A DNA stretch of 63,106 bases, the filler included, from Aduncisulcus paluster (lineage: Eukaryota), in the NCBI GenBank assembly GCA_024181965.1. It is 12 parts of 12 records of this genome, joined end to end, with 100 filler letters (N's around TTAATTAATTAA, not from the genome) between each part and the next. Parts side by side here need not be neighbours in the genome. Positions count along the whole stretch, not along the records: positions 44,806 to 47,499 come from BQXS01011452.1; positions 47,600 to 57,355 come from BQXS01011453.1; 10 more parts are not named here. One strand, given 5' to 3'. The notes beneath the pieces were generated by a model. The model searched no databases. It was not told where the DNA came from and saw only the letters and a program-made list of their open reading frames with translations. This document shows, piece after piece, positions 44,806 through 57,455 of this stretch. How positions within the stretch are numbered: position 1 is the first letter of the stretch; each line of letters opens with the position of its first letter. The position numbers were made by a program, and so were the translations under genes.

Positions 44806-46170
44806 CATGGAAGTGTGGACATATCAGGAAGCACCTCAAACAAATTCCTATCTTCAAACAATCCATTCAGATTTTCCCAACAAGGAGATGGACCTGGACA
44901 TAGACAAGGACGTGGAGATGGAGATGGACATAGACATAGACAAGGAGATGATGTGGAAAGAACGCCAGTCATGAAAAGACCATACCACAATAGCACTCTT
45001 CATAATGGTGCTGATTTAAAGTATTCTTCTTCTTCTTCTTCTTCTTCTTCTTCTTCTTCTCTCTCAGGATATTCTAAAAATAGATCGAATGGTAGCATTG
45101 GACAATCGACGATATCAGCAGGTACTTGTATTACTTCCTCACACTCAATCCAACAACTACCAAGAACATCGACAATTCCAACAACAATTCCAACAACAAT
45201 TCCAACAACAATTCCAACAATTCCAACAACAGGGATAGAATCATTAGCTTCGGCATCCATCCAGAATGATATCATATGCTCTTCTTCCTTTACTCCACCT
45301 CTTATGAGACACAATCAATCATTCTCATCACCACATTCACCATTAATCTCCCCTCTTTCTTCATCATCTTCCATGACCCCTCCTCTTTCTTTCCCTCCAA
45401 CCACAATGTCATTGTCTCTCAATCCAACTCTCTCTGTTCAAGCTCACCGAGGTAAAGTTCGAGCTGTGGTAGGTCTTGGGAATTCAAAATGTGTGACAGT
45501 GAGCGGAGAAGATGGTTTTGTGAGAGTTTGGGATGTTAAACAAATGGTCAAAACACGATATTCGCACTCGTCTTTATTCTCAGACTGTCGTCACTCCTCT
45601 TCAGACTCTTTATCATTGGGGGCAACGTATGGAATATCGAATAGTATATCCATTGGACAAGAAATCAATTCCCTTATTCAATTGCGAAACAATGTTTTAG
45701 CTGGGACTTCAAAATGTGGTATTGAGATTTTTGATGTGAGAATGGGTCATTATTTGCACAATATTCCTTCTCTTGATCGTGGATGGGGTGCCAGATCATT
45801 GGCAAAAACCGGTAATATTCTTACGGTTGGCGGCGGTAGTTCTCGGCTAGCCCATGTCGATATTCGGTGTTGGAAGTATATATCATGTCCAATTGACCCA
45901 ATATATCACTCTCAGATGGATGAAATGGTTGTTCTTTACCAAGATAGAATGCTTAGACAATCGGTGAGATCAATACAACATCCAACGGGATTTCAAGGGT
46001 CATTCGGATATTGTGAGACTCCCAGTACTGGAACTACTGAGAATACAATGATGGCAGACTTTCCAGTAGCTATTCTGACTCTCTGTTATTCTTCAGATGG
46101 TTGTTTATTTGCGGGAGGAGGGCCTTTGATTGCAGGATTGAAGGGAGCTTATGCAGCAACATGGGATTGA
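44806..46170 (+). CDS. DCAF12: DCAF12/WDR40-like WD40 CUL4-DDB1 substrate receptor (5'-truncated)
   Basis: H.GKVRA, GARSL....ILTVGGG..L...DIR, and C-terminal AILTLCYSSDG.LFAGGGPL.AGLKGAYAATW match the DCAF12 tail. Confidence 0.8.
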   Translation, partial: HGSVDISGSTSNKFLSSNNPFRFSQQGDGPGHRQGRGDGDGHRHRQGDDVERTPVMKRPYHNSTLHNGADLKYSSSSSSSSSSSSLSGYSKNRSNGSIGQSTISAGTCITSSHSIQQLPRTSTIPTTIPTTIPTTIPTIPTTGIESLASASIQNDIICSSSFTPPLMRHNQSFSSPHSPLISPLSSSSSMTPPLSFPPTTMSLSLNPTLSVQAHRGKVRAVVGLGNSKCVTVSGEDGFVRVWDVKQMVKTRYSHSSLFSDCRHSSSDSLSLGATYGISNSISIGQEINSLIQLRNNVLAGTSKCGIEIFDVRMGHYLHNIPSLDRGWGARSLAKTGNILTVGGGSSRLAHVDIRCWKYISCPIDPIYHSQMDEMVVLYQDRMLRQSVRSIQHPTGFQGSFGYCETPSTGTTENTMMADFPVAILTLCYSSDGCLFAGGGPLIAGLKGAYAATWD

Positions 46171-46639
46171 CTCAATCATTGAGAACTAACCAGAATTATC
46201 AGAATGAATTCCACATCACGATCATGAAGTCCATCAATTTCCACAATAAATGATCTCTCAGTAATGATTACTATGTAATCGATGATATTCACGAACAAGA
46301 CCTTATGCACAAGCCAAATGAGTTAGTTTATGATCACTTTGGATGGGTTGTGGAACCACCGATGACTCGAACAAGACAATATTAGCTCTTACATGGAAAT
46401 GCACACCAATTGAGACCATGAACACATCAATATCGAGAATAACATTCCATGTATGGAATGATACTATCATATATAATATGCATTAAGAGTTGGACAGAAA
46501 GGGAGGGAATATGGAAACGAATAAAAACATGGAAATAAATAAAAACATGGAATGGCTAAATAAATAAAATGGATTTGGTTCTTATAGACTTCAGACTACT
46601 AACAAAGCATTTTGAAGATAGAGTTTGTAATGTTGAATT

Positions 46640-46959
46640 TGTTAAGTTCCCTTTCTAAGGCATGTTGGTAAGGAATTAAAATGTAAGACAAAAGTAAAAC
46701 AAAAGTAAATCATAACAAAACAAACCATAAACTAACCAAAACCAAAACAAACAATAAACAAATAATAAACTGAATTAGTATTTATCAATCGAGCAAGCAG
46801 AGAAGAATGTGAGAACGACTTTGAAAAACCCAAACTGAAGAAAACCAGAAGCTAGTAGCTTCTCTGCCAATAAGTCGATGATATATTCACAATATTCATA
46901 GATTTCAACTGCAACTTATCAGCATATTTTGTCACTTTATAATCCAATATGTAAACAAA
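46640..46959 (+). repeat. Dispersed ~300-bp non-coding repeat, copy 2, with an expanded A/C-rich stretch
   Basis: Same blocks as 39575-39847. Confidence 0.9.
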
Positions 46960-47601
46960 GCTCATAACCTCAGGGAAGCGTGTGGAAAGAGCATGAGCAG
47001 AGGATCTATAGAGACTATAGAAGTGCTAGTATCACCTAGAAAAACAAAGATATTCCAACTATCTACAACAAACTACGATCCCCTACAAGATACACACGAA
47101 CGAGGAGTAAAAAAAAAGGAAATATATGACGGAAATAGGAGACGGTGATTGTGGATAGTTTTATGAAGTGTCATAGCCACTGACAGCGAAATTGCATTGC
47201 AATGGAGCTCATAGGATTGACGATTCAAAGCATTGCCATAAACAAGGTAGTTGTTTTCTTCACAGTTACCCTTGGCGGGGGCTTCTTCAATGAAGAATCT
47301 TCATCAGGAGTGATTAAGCGATCATCAGGAGTGATTAAGCGATCATCATGGATTGGAATGCTATAAGACAGGGCGTTGAAGTCAGGAGAACCATAAAGGG
47401 AGAAGAACTTGTCAAAATCGATCCAAGACACCGAGTCCATTTCCCACCAACAAACAGATCTTTGCGCACCATAAGCACAGCCTTGCTCTCGTGGTGGACN
47501 NNNNNNNNNNNNNNNNNNNNNNNNNNNNNNNNNNNNNNNNNNNTTAATTAATTAANNNNNNNNNNNNNNNNNNNNNNNNNNNNNNNNNNNNNNNNNNNNA
47601 C

Positions 47602-49362
47602 GATGGCTACACGGGTGATGCGTGTTCCACTCGTGTGACTGGGTGTCCGTTCGTTACCGTTGGTGACGAGAGTGTTGTGTGTGGAGCACATGGTGAGTGT
47701 GACGAGGAAGCGGGAGCCTGCTCATGTTCGACAGGATGGTCTGGCTCCACATGTGAAACGCAGGAGTGTTCCGATTCCATGTGTTCGTCCTCTTCCTCTG
47801 CCGGATCTGATGGTGCGTGTTATGCCGTTTCCGGCGACGATTCCATGTCCTGGACGTGTACATGTGCTGACGACGAGGTCATTCTCACCACGGACGGCAC
47901 GATGATCCAATCATGTGTATCTGCATGCAATGCTACTCTTGGATGTGGCACTGGGACATGTACCGACACATCCACGGACGACGACGTATCTTCATGGGAG
48001 TGTCTATGCCCGACTGACTCGTATCTGTCCGGTTCCAACACGTGTATCTCTGCGGGTGGAGTTGACGATGGATGTTATGAATGTAGCTCTTTACATGGAC
48101 AGTGTACACTTGATTCAAATACCATGGTCCCTGCTTGTGTGTGTGAACTAGGATTCTCTGGGTTTTCATGTGATATTGTCGATTTGGATACTTTTTGTCC
48201 CTATGACTCTGATGGCGTGTCATGCGGGAGTGAGGGTACTTGTGTTGAGGCCGAATGTGTCTGTTCTTCCACGTCTTATCTTGATGATACTGGTCTATGT
48301 GTCATTCCGTCTGGAGATTTCTTTGGGGTTTGTGACGAATGTTCTGACCAACATGGACAGTGTTCTATCATTACCAATACTTACACTCAAGAAAAGTATC
48401 CTGTTTGTGTGTGTGAGGAAGGATGGAGTGGAGACACGTGTGAGAATGACGTTTGCTTACTCAGCGAAGTTGAATGCTCCGGACATGGTGAGTGTGTTCT
48501 TGACGGCTGGAAAGAGTGGATGTGTTTGTGCCAGGATGGTTATTATGGAGAGGCATGTACCGATAAGAAACGATCAATTAGCCCCGTATTTTATGGGTTT
48601 ATTTGCCTCTTGTCCGTGATTGCTATCGTTGAAGGTGTAACGCTTGCCCGATTGTCAAATACTCTGAAACATGAGTCCATATTGCTTGTCAAACAGAGGA
48701 GAGACAGTGTGCGAGCTATGTCTGTTAGTGGAGCCGTGATACTTGTTGAAGGTGCTGACATGGAGTTTATTTCTGGTGAAACCCCTGATGGAACTTCTAA
48801 TCCATCAAAACAGAAGAAAAAGAAGAGGAGAGTTGTCAGGAAAAAAGTTCGTGCAAAGCAAGCTCTTCCATCAATGGAACCAGCTTCTCGTGGGATTTCT
48901 GGAAACCAACAAGCTGATTCGGATGTTGTTCAGGTTGTTATTGATCCAATTTCTTCAAGTCCTCAGATTCCTGGAACAAAGTCCTCTTTTGAAAAAGGAA
49001 TTAATGCTGCTTCACCCAAGCATTCTTCTGAATCATTCGATCATGGTCCATCTCTGACCCCTTCATCTTCCTATATATCCGGTATTGAGCCTTCTCATTT
49101 CCCTTTTGATGATGTTGCTGATGCTGCAATGCTTCCCACAATAAGTCAAACTTCTTCACACTCTCCTTCACAGAAATCCACCAAGAAAGTACATGAATTA
49201 TCGGGAGATGCTTCTCTATCCCTGAAAGTTCCCGATTCTGCTTCTGGTGATGTGAAGCGTGTTGTAAAGCGAAAACGGGTGAAAGTGAAGAAATCGCATC
49301 GCCATTCAAACATTGAGAGCGTATCAAAACAAAAGCCACACACACACAAACATTCGAAATGA
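47602..49362 (+). CDS. EGF/tenascin-like Cys-rich type I membrane protein (5'-truncated)
   Basis: Multiple C..HG.C...C.C..G[WFY].G..C repeats, a TM segment (VFYGFICLLSVIAIVEGVTL), and a Ser-rich basic cytoplasmic tail. Confidence 0.85.
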   Translation, partial: DGYTGDACSTRVTGCPFVTVGDESVVCGAHGECDEEAGACSCSTGWSGSTCETQECSDSMCSSSSSAGSDGACYAVSGDDSMSWTCTCADDEVILTTDGTMIQSCVSACNATLGCGTGTCTDTSTDDDVSSWECLCPTDSYLSGSNTCISAGGVDDGCYECSSLHGQCTLDSNTMVPACVCELGFSGFSCDIVDLDTFCPYDSDGVSCGSEGTCVEAECVCSSTSYLDDTGLCVIPSGDFFGVCDECSDQHGQCSIITNTYTQEKYPVCVCEEGWSGDTCENDVCLLSEVECSGHGECVLDGWKEWMCLCQDGYYGEACTDKKRSISPVFYGFICLLSVIAIVEGVTLARLSNTLKHESILLVKQRRDSVRAMSVSGAVILVEGADMEFISGETPDGTSNPSKQKKKKRRVVRKKVRAKQALPSMEPASRGISGNQQADSDVVQVVIDPISSSPQIPGTKSSFEKGINAASPKHSSESFDHGPSLTPSSSYISGIEPSHFPFDDVADAAMLPTISQTSSHSPSQKSTKKVHELSGDASLSLKVPDSASGDVKRVVKRKRVKVKKSHRHSNIESVSKQKPHTHKHSK

Positions 49363-50564
49363 AAAAAAAAGAATGAAACGTTATTTTCTTCTTTTTTGTT
49401 CTTCTTTTTGTCCAAATTTTATATTTAAATTTTGTTATTTCTATAAATACTATTTTCTTATTTCATAATTATCTTCCTTACATTTTCTTTTTCTCAAAAT
49501 GTTTTTCTTTAATTTCTTATATTCTATTTCCAACGTCTTACAATTAATTTGATCATTGGTTTTTAACTAATTTTAATTATTATTTATCTATTTTTCTTTC
49601 ATTTGGATGAATTTTATTTTAGATCATATCTTATAACATTAGATCATTTTCAAACACTAGTGTTTTTTTTTCTTCCTGCATTACTAATTTTCTTTGAATT
49701 TTGGTAATTATCAAATCTCATTTCTTATATTTAACTTTCAAAACTAATAATTTCTACTACATTTTTTTCTCGATTCATAATGAAGATTTTTTCATATTTA
49801 TTTTTTAATTCCTACCTAATTCTTCAAAAAGACATGACCCTCTGAATTCGTGGCATCTTTCTAACATTTGTTTCGTTTTATTTTGAGTCTATATATACAA
49901 ATTGACAAACAAAAGTATCTTCCTAACGGTATTTCGTCTTTTCATGGGGTTGTTCATCTTTTTGAAACCATTCGGTATAATTATAATGACCGATGGTATC
50001 TAATTTCTCGTTGGAAGTTTCAATGATGAAACATACGAGCACTCAATAAATTGTAATGCAAAACTCAGTCTCGATTTTTGGATGATTTCGGTTCAGTCGG
50101 TAATTACCGGTAATTACCGGCACCTTGTAGAATATAGAAATGAGGTTTGTATGTAACGAAGATGGTGATTTATTCGATAATTTAGCCTTTTAAGAATTCT
50201 TTTTCGAACAAAAACAAGGCTAAAGATAACAGAAAAAAAGTCAAAAAAAAAAAAAAAAAAAAAAAATTTTTAAAATCAAGAACTATACGAAGTCTGAAGA
50301 ACTCATATTGGTATACAGAAAAACAAAGACAAAATAAATAAATGTCTTTTAAACCCCCGATACAAGGGGAAAAGAAGAGAGAGTGAGAGAAAAGAGGTTG
50401 TATTTTTTCGTTCACAAGGAAGAGAATAACGATAAAATAAGATTTAGAAGTAAATAACGGTAAACAATTTGATATAATGAATCAAAATAATCGTGGTAAG
50501 AGTTGTTGTTAGTAGCAAATATAAATAAAATAATATAATTAAATATATGTATATATATATCATT

Positions 50565-52988
50565 TCACACCTTAGTTTCTGGCTTTTTACGAACAATCTT
50601 GAGAGCAAATTCGAATAGTTCCTCCCTAGAACACAAATGTGCCAGCATGTGAGAGCTTCTGAGTCCAGAGAAGAAGTATTGACGATTGGTCATTCCTTCG
50701 TGGGTTGCAATAGATTCGAAAGGATTGAAAAACTCATTCTCAGCATTGCGAAGCCACCATATATTTGCCAAATGAGCACGCTCATACACAGTAAGTCCCA
50801 TGTTGATGTGAACCATCTGTCTAACAAGAGTAGAAAGGTGGAAGGAAGCGAAGATAGGAGTAAGAACAAGCACAAAGTATAATAAAACACGTCCAGATGA
50901 GCCAATTTCTTTCAATATCTCAAGTACATTCATGTCAGTTCCAAAGACTTCAGACGGGAACATAAAAACGCCAATGTAAGCAGCAATGCTGATGATAGAG
51001 AGGAACAGAGAACCGAATATGAGATAATAGACGAATAGAACATGATTTGAGGCACCAATATCGCTGTTAATCCAGACACAGTGATGATCAAACCCTGCGA
51101 CACATCTGTTACACCTTGAACAGTGATGGGAACGAGCAACAACGAGACCATCACATCCACGATCACAGAAACACATTCGTCCACCACATTCACAGCTTCC
51201 TTTCCCACAGGTACATTGCAACTTTTCAAGGCTTCGACTTGTCATATCGAGAGCTTCTGCGACGGCATCTACTTCCATAAAGCTGGCATCAATACTCGGT
51301 CTTCTACTGCTTATGACAGACGCACATCTCACATCTATACGAGTATTCTTGGGATTGGGAGTCATGTCTCCAGTCGTGTCTTCAGGTCCAAGTGGAGCCT
51401 CCCCCGTAGCTTTGGGTGAGATATCATCAGCCCCGCCAGGCACAATCGAAGCTGTGATGAGATCGTCTGAAACAATAGCCACAGCGGCAGCTATTATATC
51501 ATCAGGTCCATCTCCTCCAAGTATTGAGGCAGTAGGATCTACACATCCTTTAACATCCTTCAAGACAAGGGAAAGGTAGAGAGAGAGAAGAACAATACTA
51601 AAGACGACGATAATTCCACCTATGACAAGATTCGCTACATTCCCGAATCTCATAAAGTCCACAACCCCAGATATACACAGGATAAGGTAGAGAATGATGG
51701 CCAAAGGGATCAACAAGTGTCCTTTCTGTCCTCTTGCCAATTTTAAGTTCTTGGTTTCACATTCTTTGAGTTTTTTGGCCACATCATCGTGACCTTTGAT
51801 CTGAGCAAGGTCAGAAGCCTTGTGACTCTTCTTATCAAGAGCTACACGCTCTGTAAGAGTCATGTGACTAATGATGTTAGATACAGATGCCTTGTCGCCA
51901 CAAGCTGCAGCCCAGTGCAAGGGAGTGCACCCGAAGGAGTCAATGCAGTTCACTGGACTTCCGATACGCCTTAAAATTGCAACCACATCACTGAGTCCAA
52001 GTTTGGCAGCCCAGTGGATCGGGAGTAGTCCCTTGGCATCTTTGGAGACAAGAGTTTGAAGTGGAAGAGGCCTTGAACCCGATGTATCCATGGAATCTTC
52101 ACCAACATGGTCTCGAGCAAGCTCAACAATAGCCACGATTCCAGATCTAAAGGAACATTGGCAAGCAATGTGAAGAGGGGTGAATCTCTGGCCAGCTTCT
52201 CTTCTTCCTCCTCTTGATAGCAAAATACTCTTAATACTCCTGTTTTCACTGTACTTTTTGATGTCAGAGATCTTCCCGGCAAGAAGATGGACGGCTTTCT
52301 TGATTTCTTCCGGCGACACATCCGTGGCACCAATAAATAGAGCGTGGAGAGGCAAGAACTCCTCGCTATCGGGCTCTGACAGGAGTTCTGAGCATGTTTT
52401 CAAGAGGACATCGATGATGGGTACGAGAACAACGATACAGGCCCTATGGAGATAAGAATGCCCAGATGAGACATGTCTCCATGAAGAAATGACAGCGGGA
52501 TCAATGGCTGCCAAGATAAGGGCAGCAATGTTAGCGTGGCGCCTTGCAATAGCCAAGGACAAAGGAGTCTCTCCTTTCTTGTTCTCAATATGAACTTCAG
52601 CACCATATACGATCAAAAAGTGAACAATATCGGTGTAACCCTTGGCGGCAGCAATATGAAGGGCCGTATTGCCAGAGGGAGTGGTCATGTTGACATGCTT
52701 CATATCTCCATTAGCGTTGATTAATTTCTCAACAATAAGAAGCATTCCTTCTTCGGCAGCATAGTGAAGGGGGATTTTACCGGTGGAGTCGGGCGTAACG
52801 ATATGTTGTGGTTGTCGGTCGCAAAGAAGGGAAACGGTTTGATATTCTCCACCAATGACAGCCGAAGCCAAAGGATTGGAAGATGAAAGGGAAGGTGGGG
52901 CATACTTACCAATGGTTTTCAAATAATGAAAACACTTTTCATTGTAAATAGTGACGCTACTTGGCGGTTCTTCTTTAGGTCCAGACAT
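50565..52988 (-). CDS. AKR1: Ankyrin-repeat DHHC palmitoyltransferase (Akr1/ZDHHC13/17-like)
   Basis: Ankyrin repeats ([27 protein letters not shown]), TM helices, [28 protein letters not shown] and NPF. Confidence 0.9.
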   Translation of the reverse strand: MSGPKEEPPSSVTIYNEKCFHYLKTIGKYAPPSLSSSNPLASAVIGGEYQTVSLLCDRQPQHIVTPDSTGKIPLHYAAEEGMLLIVEKLINANGDMKHVNMTTPSGNTALHIAAAKGYTDIVHFLIVYGAEVHIENKKGETPLSLAIARRHANIAALILAAIDPAVISSWRHVSSGHSYLHRACIVVLVPIIDVLLKTCSELLSEPDSEEFLPLHALFIGATDVSPEEIKKAVHLLAGKISDIKKYSENRSIKSILLSRGGRREAGQRFTPLHIACQCSFRSGIVAIVELARDHVGEDSMDTSGSRPLPLQTLVSKDAKGLLPIHWAAKLGLSDVVAILRRIGSPVNCIDSFGCTPLHWAAACGDKASVSNIISHMTLTERVALDKKSHKASDLAQIKGHDDVAKKLKECETKNLKLARGQKGHLLIPLAIILYLILCISGVVDFMRFGNVANLVIGGIIVVFSIVLLSLYLSLVLKDVKGCVDPTASILGGDGPDDIIAAAVAIVSDDLITASIVPGGADDISPKATGEAPLGPEDTTGDMTPNPKNTRIDVRCASVISSRRPSIDASFMEVDAVAEALDMTSRSLEKLQCTCGKGSCECGGRMCFCDRGCDGLVVARSHHCSRCNRCVAGFDHHCVWINSDIGASNHVLFVYYLIFGSLFLSIISIAAYIGVFMFPSEVFGTDMNVLEILKEIGSSGRVLLYFVLVLTPIFASFHLSTLVRQMVHINMGLTVYERAHLANIWWLRNAENEFFNPFESIATHEGMTNRQYFFSGLRSSHMLAHLCSREELFEFALKIVRKKPETKV

Positions 52989-53569
52989 ATTTCCAACGAC
53001 TTCCAAAATACTCGAAATTTATATTGAAAATATTATTCCTTGGAAGGTGGTATCAAAAAATACACAACTATCAAGCAAATTTAAATTCTCCACACCTCTT
53101 ATTAAGAATATTAATGGAATTACCTAGAAACTGAAATTACCATGGATACCTTGTTATTATTTTAATGTTTTAATTTTTAATTTACATATTATGCCCATAC
53201 CGCTGATTTGGAATATTCAAGAAAAGCCGTTTCTAGATAATTTCATGACACTTTTCTTACCAAATTTGATTTATTGATGGACTTTGATAAATTTATCAAT
53301 GTCCTTATTATGACTGACTAAACCATTGAAAATTCTATTTAAGAATTTCTTTAAATCTCTCTATGGCAAGAATTACAATGTGTTCATATCAATATTTGTC
53401 TAAATATTGTCCAAAACTTATTATTATTCGAATATTTTGAATCATTATTATCATTTTGACCCAGTAGAAAGATTTTGGATCATTTTCCCGTTTTGCCGCA
53501 AGTAGACATATAAAAATAGGAAATCAATTGATATATTTAATTAAAATTTAGATAAAAACTTATTTTGCA

Positions 53570-56500
53570 ATGATAAATATCAAACCTCAAGTCGTAACAT
53601 CCCCTATTGTTTCTAATGCCTATTATTCAGCAATTAGAACTAAAAACATTCAAAAAATCCGAAAATTAGCAATGAATAATGGTGTACCACCTGCTTTACG
53701 ACCAATTGTTTACTGTTTACTTTGTGGAGTTGATATATATAAAATTGAACAATATGATAATAATATGGTTTGGAAAGACCGCGATGATATTGGTAAAAAA
53801 GAAAAAGAACATGCAGAATCCCCTAAAACCAATCCATATCCTACTGATTATGACCGACGCTTCTGGGATCACCCACCCTTTGTGCACCCATGTGTGTGGG
53901 GAACTGAATCCGTTCAAATTGACAAAGATGTGAAAAGATCGTGTTTTTCTGTTGCTACGTTGTATGGATATGAAGAAATGGATCGGAGAAGGTTTCTTCT
54001 AGCATTTGTCCTTAATACGTTATATTTGACTTTTCCGGACAAGTCTTATTACCAAGGGTTCCACAATATCGTTGACCATCTCATTGATATCATGTGTTCT
54101 CCTGAGTTTGAAGGCAGTATCAGTCTTGGCGGAGGAGATATATTTGACTCTTGGGTTTGTGAAAGAGAAACATATCCCTTCTTTTCAGCAGAATCGACAT
54201 CATCCACGTCACATCAGGATGCCCATAAACAACCGTTCACCCATTCCCATGGTCCATCTCTTCCGCCATCTCTGAGCTCTGCTTTCCAATCGATGTACCC
54301 ACACCACATGCTTTCTTCACTCCCACCTGACATTTTATTCCTCACCAAACGTCTATTATCTCACACAGTCGTCTGTGACGATATTATCAGTGATGATATG
54401 ATTCTGAATACAGATATATCCTCATATGCTTCTCATCCTCCTTCCCCTGTCTTGGAAGGACAGACAAGAGGGACCAAAGAGACAAGAGGGACCAAAAAGA
54501 CCAAAGATATTCAATTTCCAACAAACACTTTTTCCAAAGGTATTCGAGTGTCTGACTTATGTTGTGTTCCACATGGTCCACCGATTGAAGACGATGATAT
54601 TATCCATCTAGAATACCCACTTCCCATATTCTTCCTTGCTCATCATTGTAAAGAATACCTCTCTGGAATTCAGTGCAAGAAGGAAGGAGAGCATACGATC
54701 GGACGAGTCCGAGAAGGTAGTTTAGAACAACAAATGAGAGAGAAATGTGATAGAAAAGTAATGTTTAAAGAGATTCCATTGTGTTTATTGTTATGTTGTT
54801 CCCATATTCTAATGCATACTGCTGCACCATTTAGTACTCCCTCTCTGGATCCCACATTCCCTTTCCTTAACTCCATTTCCCCCATTCTTCGCCTTGAATC
54901 GCCCCCACTTTACTCTATACTCGAGAAAAGCATGTCAACTTCATGTTTATTCTCTTTGAGCTGGATTATAACGCTATTTTCACATGATTTACTAGGAATA
55001 TCAGGTGTCGAGTATGCTGGTTCTTGTGTTAGAGGCTGGAGAGTCGCGGGGGAGAGTGACATGTCTTCTGAGGAGCTAAAAATAGGTATTAATAGAAAAG
55101 AGAAAAGAGAGAGGAGAGAGAGAGGAAGGGACGATGAGTTGGGTTCTGTTATCGGAATCAGAAGGATACCTTCATCTTGGAGTCTTTCTGATATTAAAAC
55201 GATTGTAAAAGTGTTGCAAAAGAAATTNNNNNNNNNNNNNNNNNNNNTACTCTATACTCGAGAAAAGCATGTCAACTTCATGTTTATTCTCTTTGAGCTG
55301 GATTATAACGCTATTTTCACATGATTTACTAGGAATATCAGGTGTCGAGTATGCTGGTTCTTGTGTTAGAGGCTGGAGAGTCGCGGGGGAGAGTGACATG
55401 TCTTCTGAGGAGCTAAAAATAGGTATTAATAGAAAAGAGAAAAGAGAGAGGAGAGAGAGAGGAAGTGACGATGAGTTGGGTTCTGTTATCGGAATCAGAA
55501 GGATACCTTCATCTTGGAGTCTTTCTGATATTAAAACGATTGTAAAAGTGTTGCAAAAGAAATTAATATTCGATAAACAACAGAAAGAGTTCCCTAAAGA
55601 AGCTTGGGAAGGTGTATGTTTTGTTACTGGAAGAGATCCTGACGAGGAATGGGAACTGATGAAAAAAGGTCGAATGGAGCTTGTATTTTCACTTGAAGAC
55701 TATGAAGTAACAAAACGACATAACGAGGAAGAGAGAAGAGAGGAGGAAGCTGAAGCAGAGAAGGGAGAAGAAATACAGGATTCAGTTTCTCTATCTTCAA
55801 ATGTTGAGACCTGTTTCCTGCAACGGCAAGCAATATTGTCGTCCATTGCTCTGCCTTCCTATCTCTTGCCTGCGTTATCTCACTCAATATCCCTATTCCT
55901 CTTCCATCTTTCGTCCTCACATCGTCTCTTGGACTTTGTATTTGCTATGGAAAGAATTGGAATGGTTTACCTTACTGCCGCCATATTGTGTACAAGATTG
56001 CCTTCTTCGATGGGATATGTCCTGCGAATTACTGGCCAGAAACGAACAACGACAACCGCTACTATTGTTACAAGCAGTGATAGTACTGGAGGCCTTGGAG
56101 GACACGGTGGTCGCAAACAACATCAGAAGAAGACACGTGTGAATGTATCCACTCTGAGTGAACGATCCCCTGATATAATCAATCCTATTGTCTTTTCGGT
56201 TATGCGAGATGTATTAAAAATCAAAGAGAAACACATGATTGGTTCTGACGAGAAGATTGAACAGGATCTCATTGAGGATAGACTTCTAGTGCTCTGTAGT
56301 GGAGGTCAATGTGGACATGGAGGCTTTGAAAAAGAGCATCGACGGTGCATTGGAATATTGAAGGACGTTGATCCACATCGATCAAGATTCTATTCATCAA
56401 ATAGTGTCATTCAGATTCCTTCCTTCCCTTTGAAAACATTGAGCACCATTGAATCGACAAGATACCGTGATTCTGTGATATCTGTTCCATCAAGATCAAG

Positions 56501-57355
56501 TTCTGTAATCCCTCATTTATGTTCCTTATTATCTGTATGGATGGAAACACCATTGGTCCCTTCTGATGTCTTGTCGACATTTATGATTCATGGTGACGTG
56601 TTTTGCTGTTCGTTACTAAGCCAATATCTTTCTTCTTCTTCTTGTGGTGGTACTGGTAGTGGTACTGACTCAATCAATGGTGGACAATCTTATGGTCACG
56701 ATGATTCCAAGGCTGGACAACAAGACCTCGGTCATGGCAACAAACGTGATGAGATTTCTCTTTCCATTCCACCATCTTCCTCTTCCTCTGCCTCTTCCTC
56801 TTCCTCCCCTTCAAGTTCTATCCTTCACCCAAGTCTATCTCAGCTCCCTGCCTTCGCTCATTTACTTAGCACTCACCCTTTCTTCACGTTGGCACTTATT
56901 CCTGTGCTCCTTCGGTACACATTAGCTCTGTACCAATCATATCCACCCCATGCAATGTTCACTGGTGACTCTGGAGTTGAACTTGGAATCGTTGATCCAG
57001 GTATCAATAATGTTACTCTCGATTCTGACGCGGATGCTACTGTAAATGGCGTTGAAATGGGAGGAACGTCGAGTGGAAGACCTGCGGGGGAAGGATTATT
57101 AGCTTCAAGTCCAGGCCTACGTCCAGGCCAGACAAAGGATATTGATGATGATCGTCACGATCAATCGTCTGGTGTTGATTTGGGAGAAAGTACGATGATA
57201 TCATCTGATGGGGATAATGATCCCATTGAAATGCCTCCAAAAGATGTTGTTCCTGATGTTATACAAGATTCCACGGGTGAATATGACAATGAAAGCGATA
57301 GTTACGGCGGTCCTTCTTGTATTCCTGACTGGAAACGGCATGTCAGTGGGGTTTT
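53570..57355 (+). CDS. TBC1D20: TBC1D20/Gyp8-like Rab GTPase-activating protein with large insertions; overlap duplication at the N20 gap; 3'-truncated
   Basis: QIDKDVKRS (R finger), YYQGFHNIV (Q finger), FSLSWIITLFSHDL, RLLDFV and VYLTAAIL. Confidence 0.75.
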
Positions 57356-57455
57356 NNNNNNNNNNNNNNNNNNNNNNNNNNNNNNNNNNNNNNNNNNNNT
57401 TAATTAATTAANNNNNNNNNNNNNNNNNNNNNNNNNNNNNNNNNNNNNNNNNNNN

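Noticed and set aside
47301-47348. 21-bp tandem duplication (also an 11-bp x3 repeat at 38827-38863)
   Set aside because: Ordinary slippage minisatellites with no further structure.
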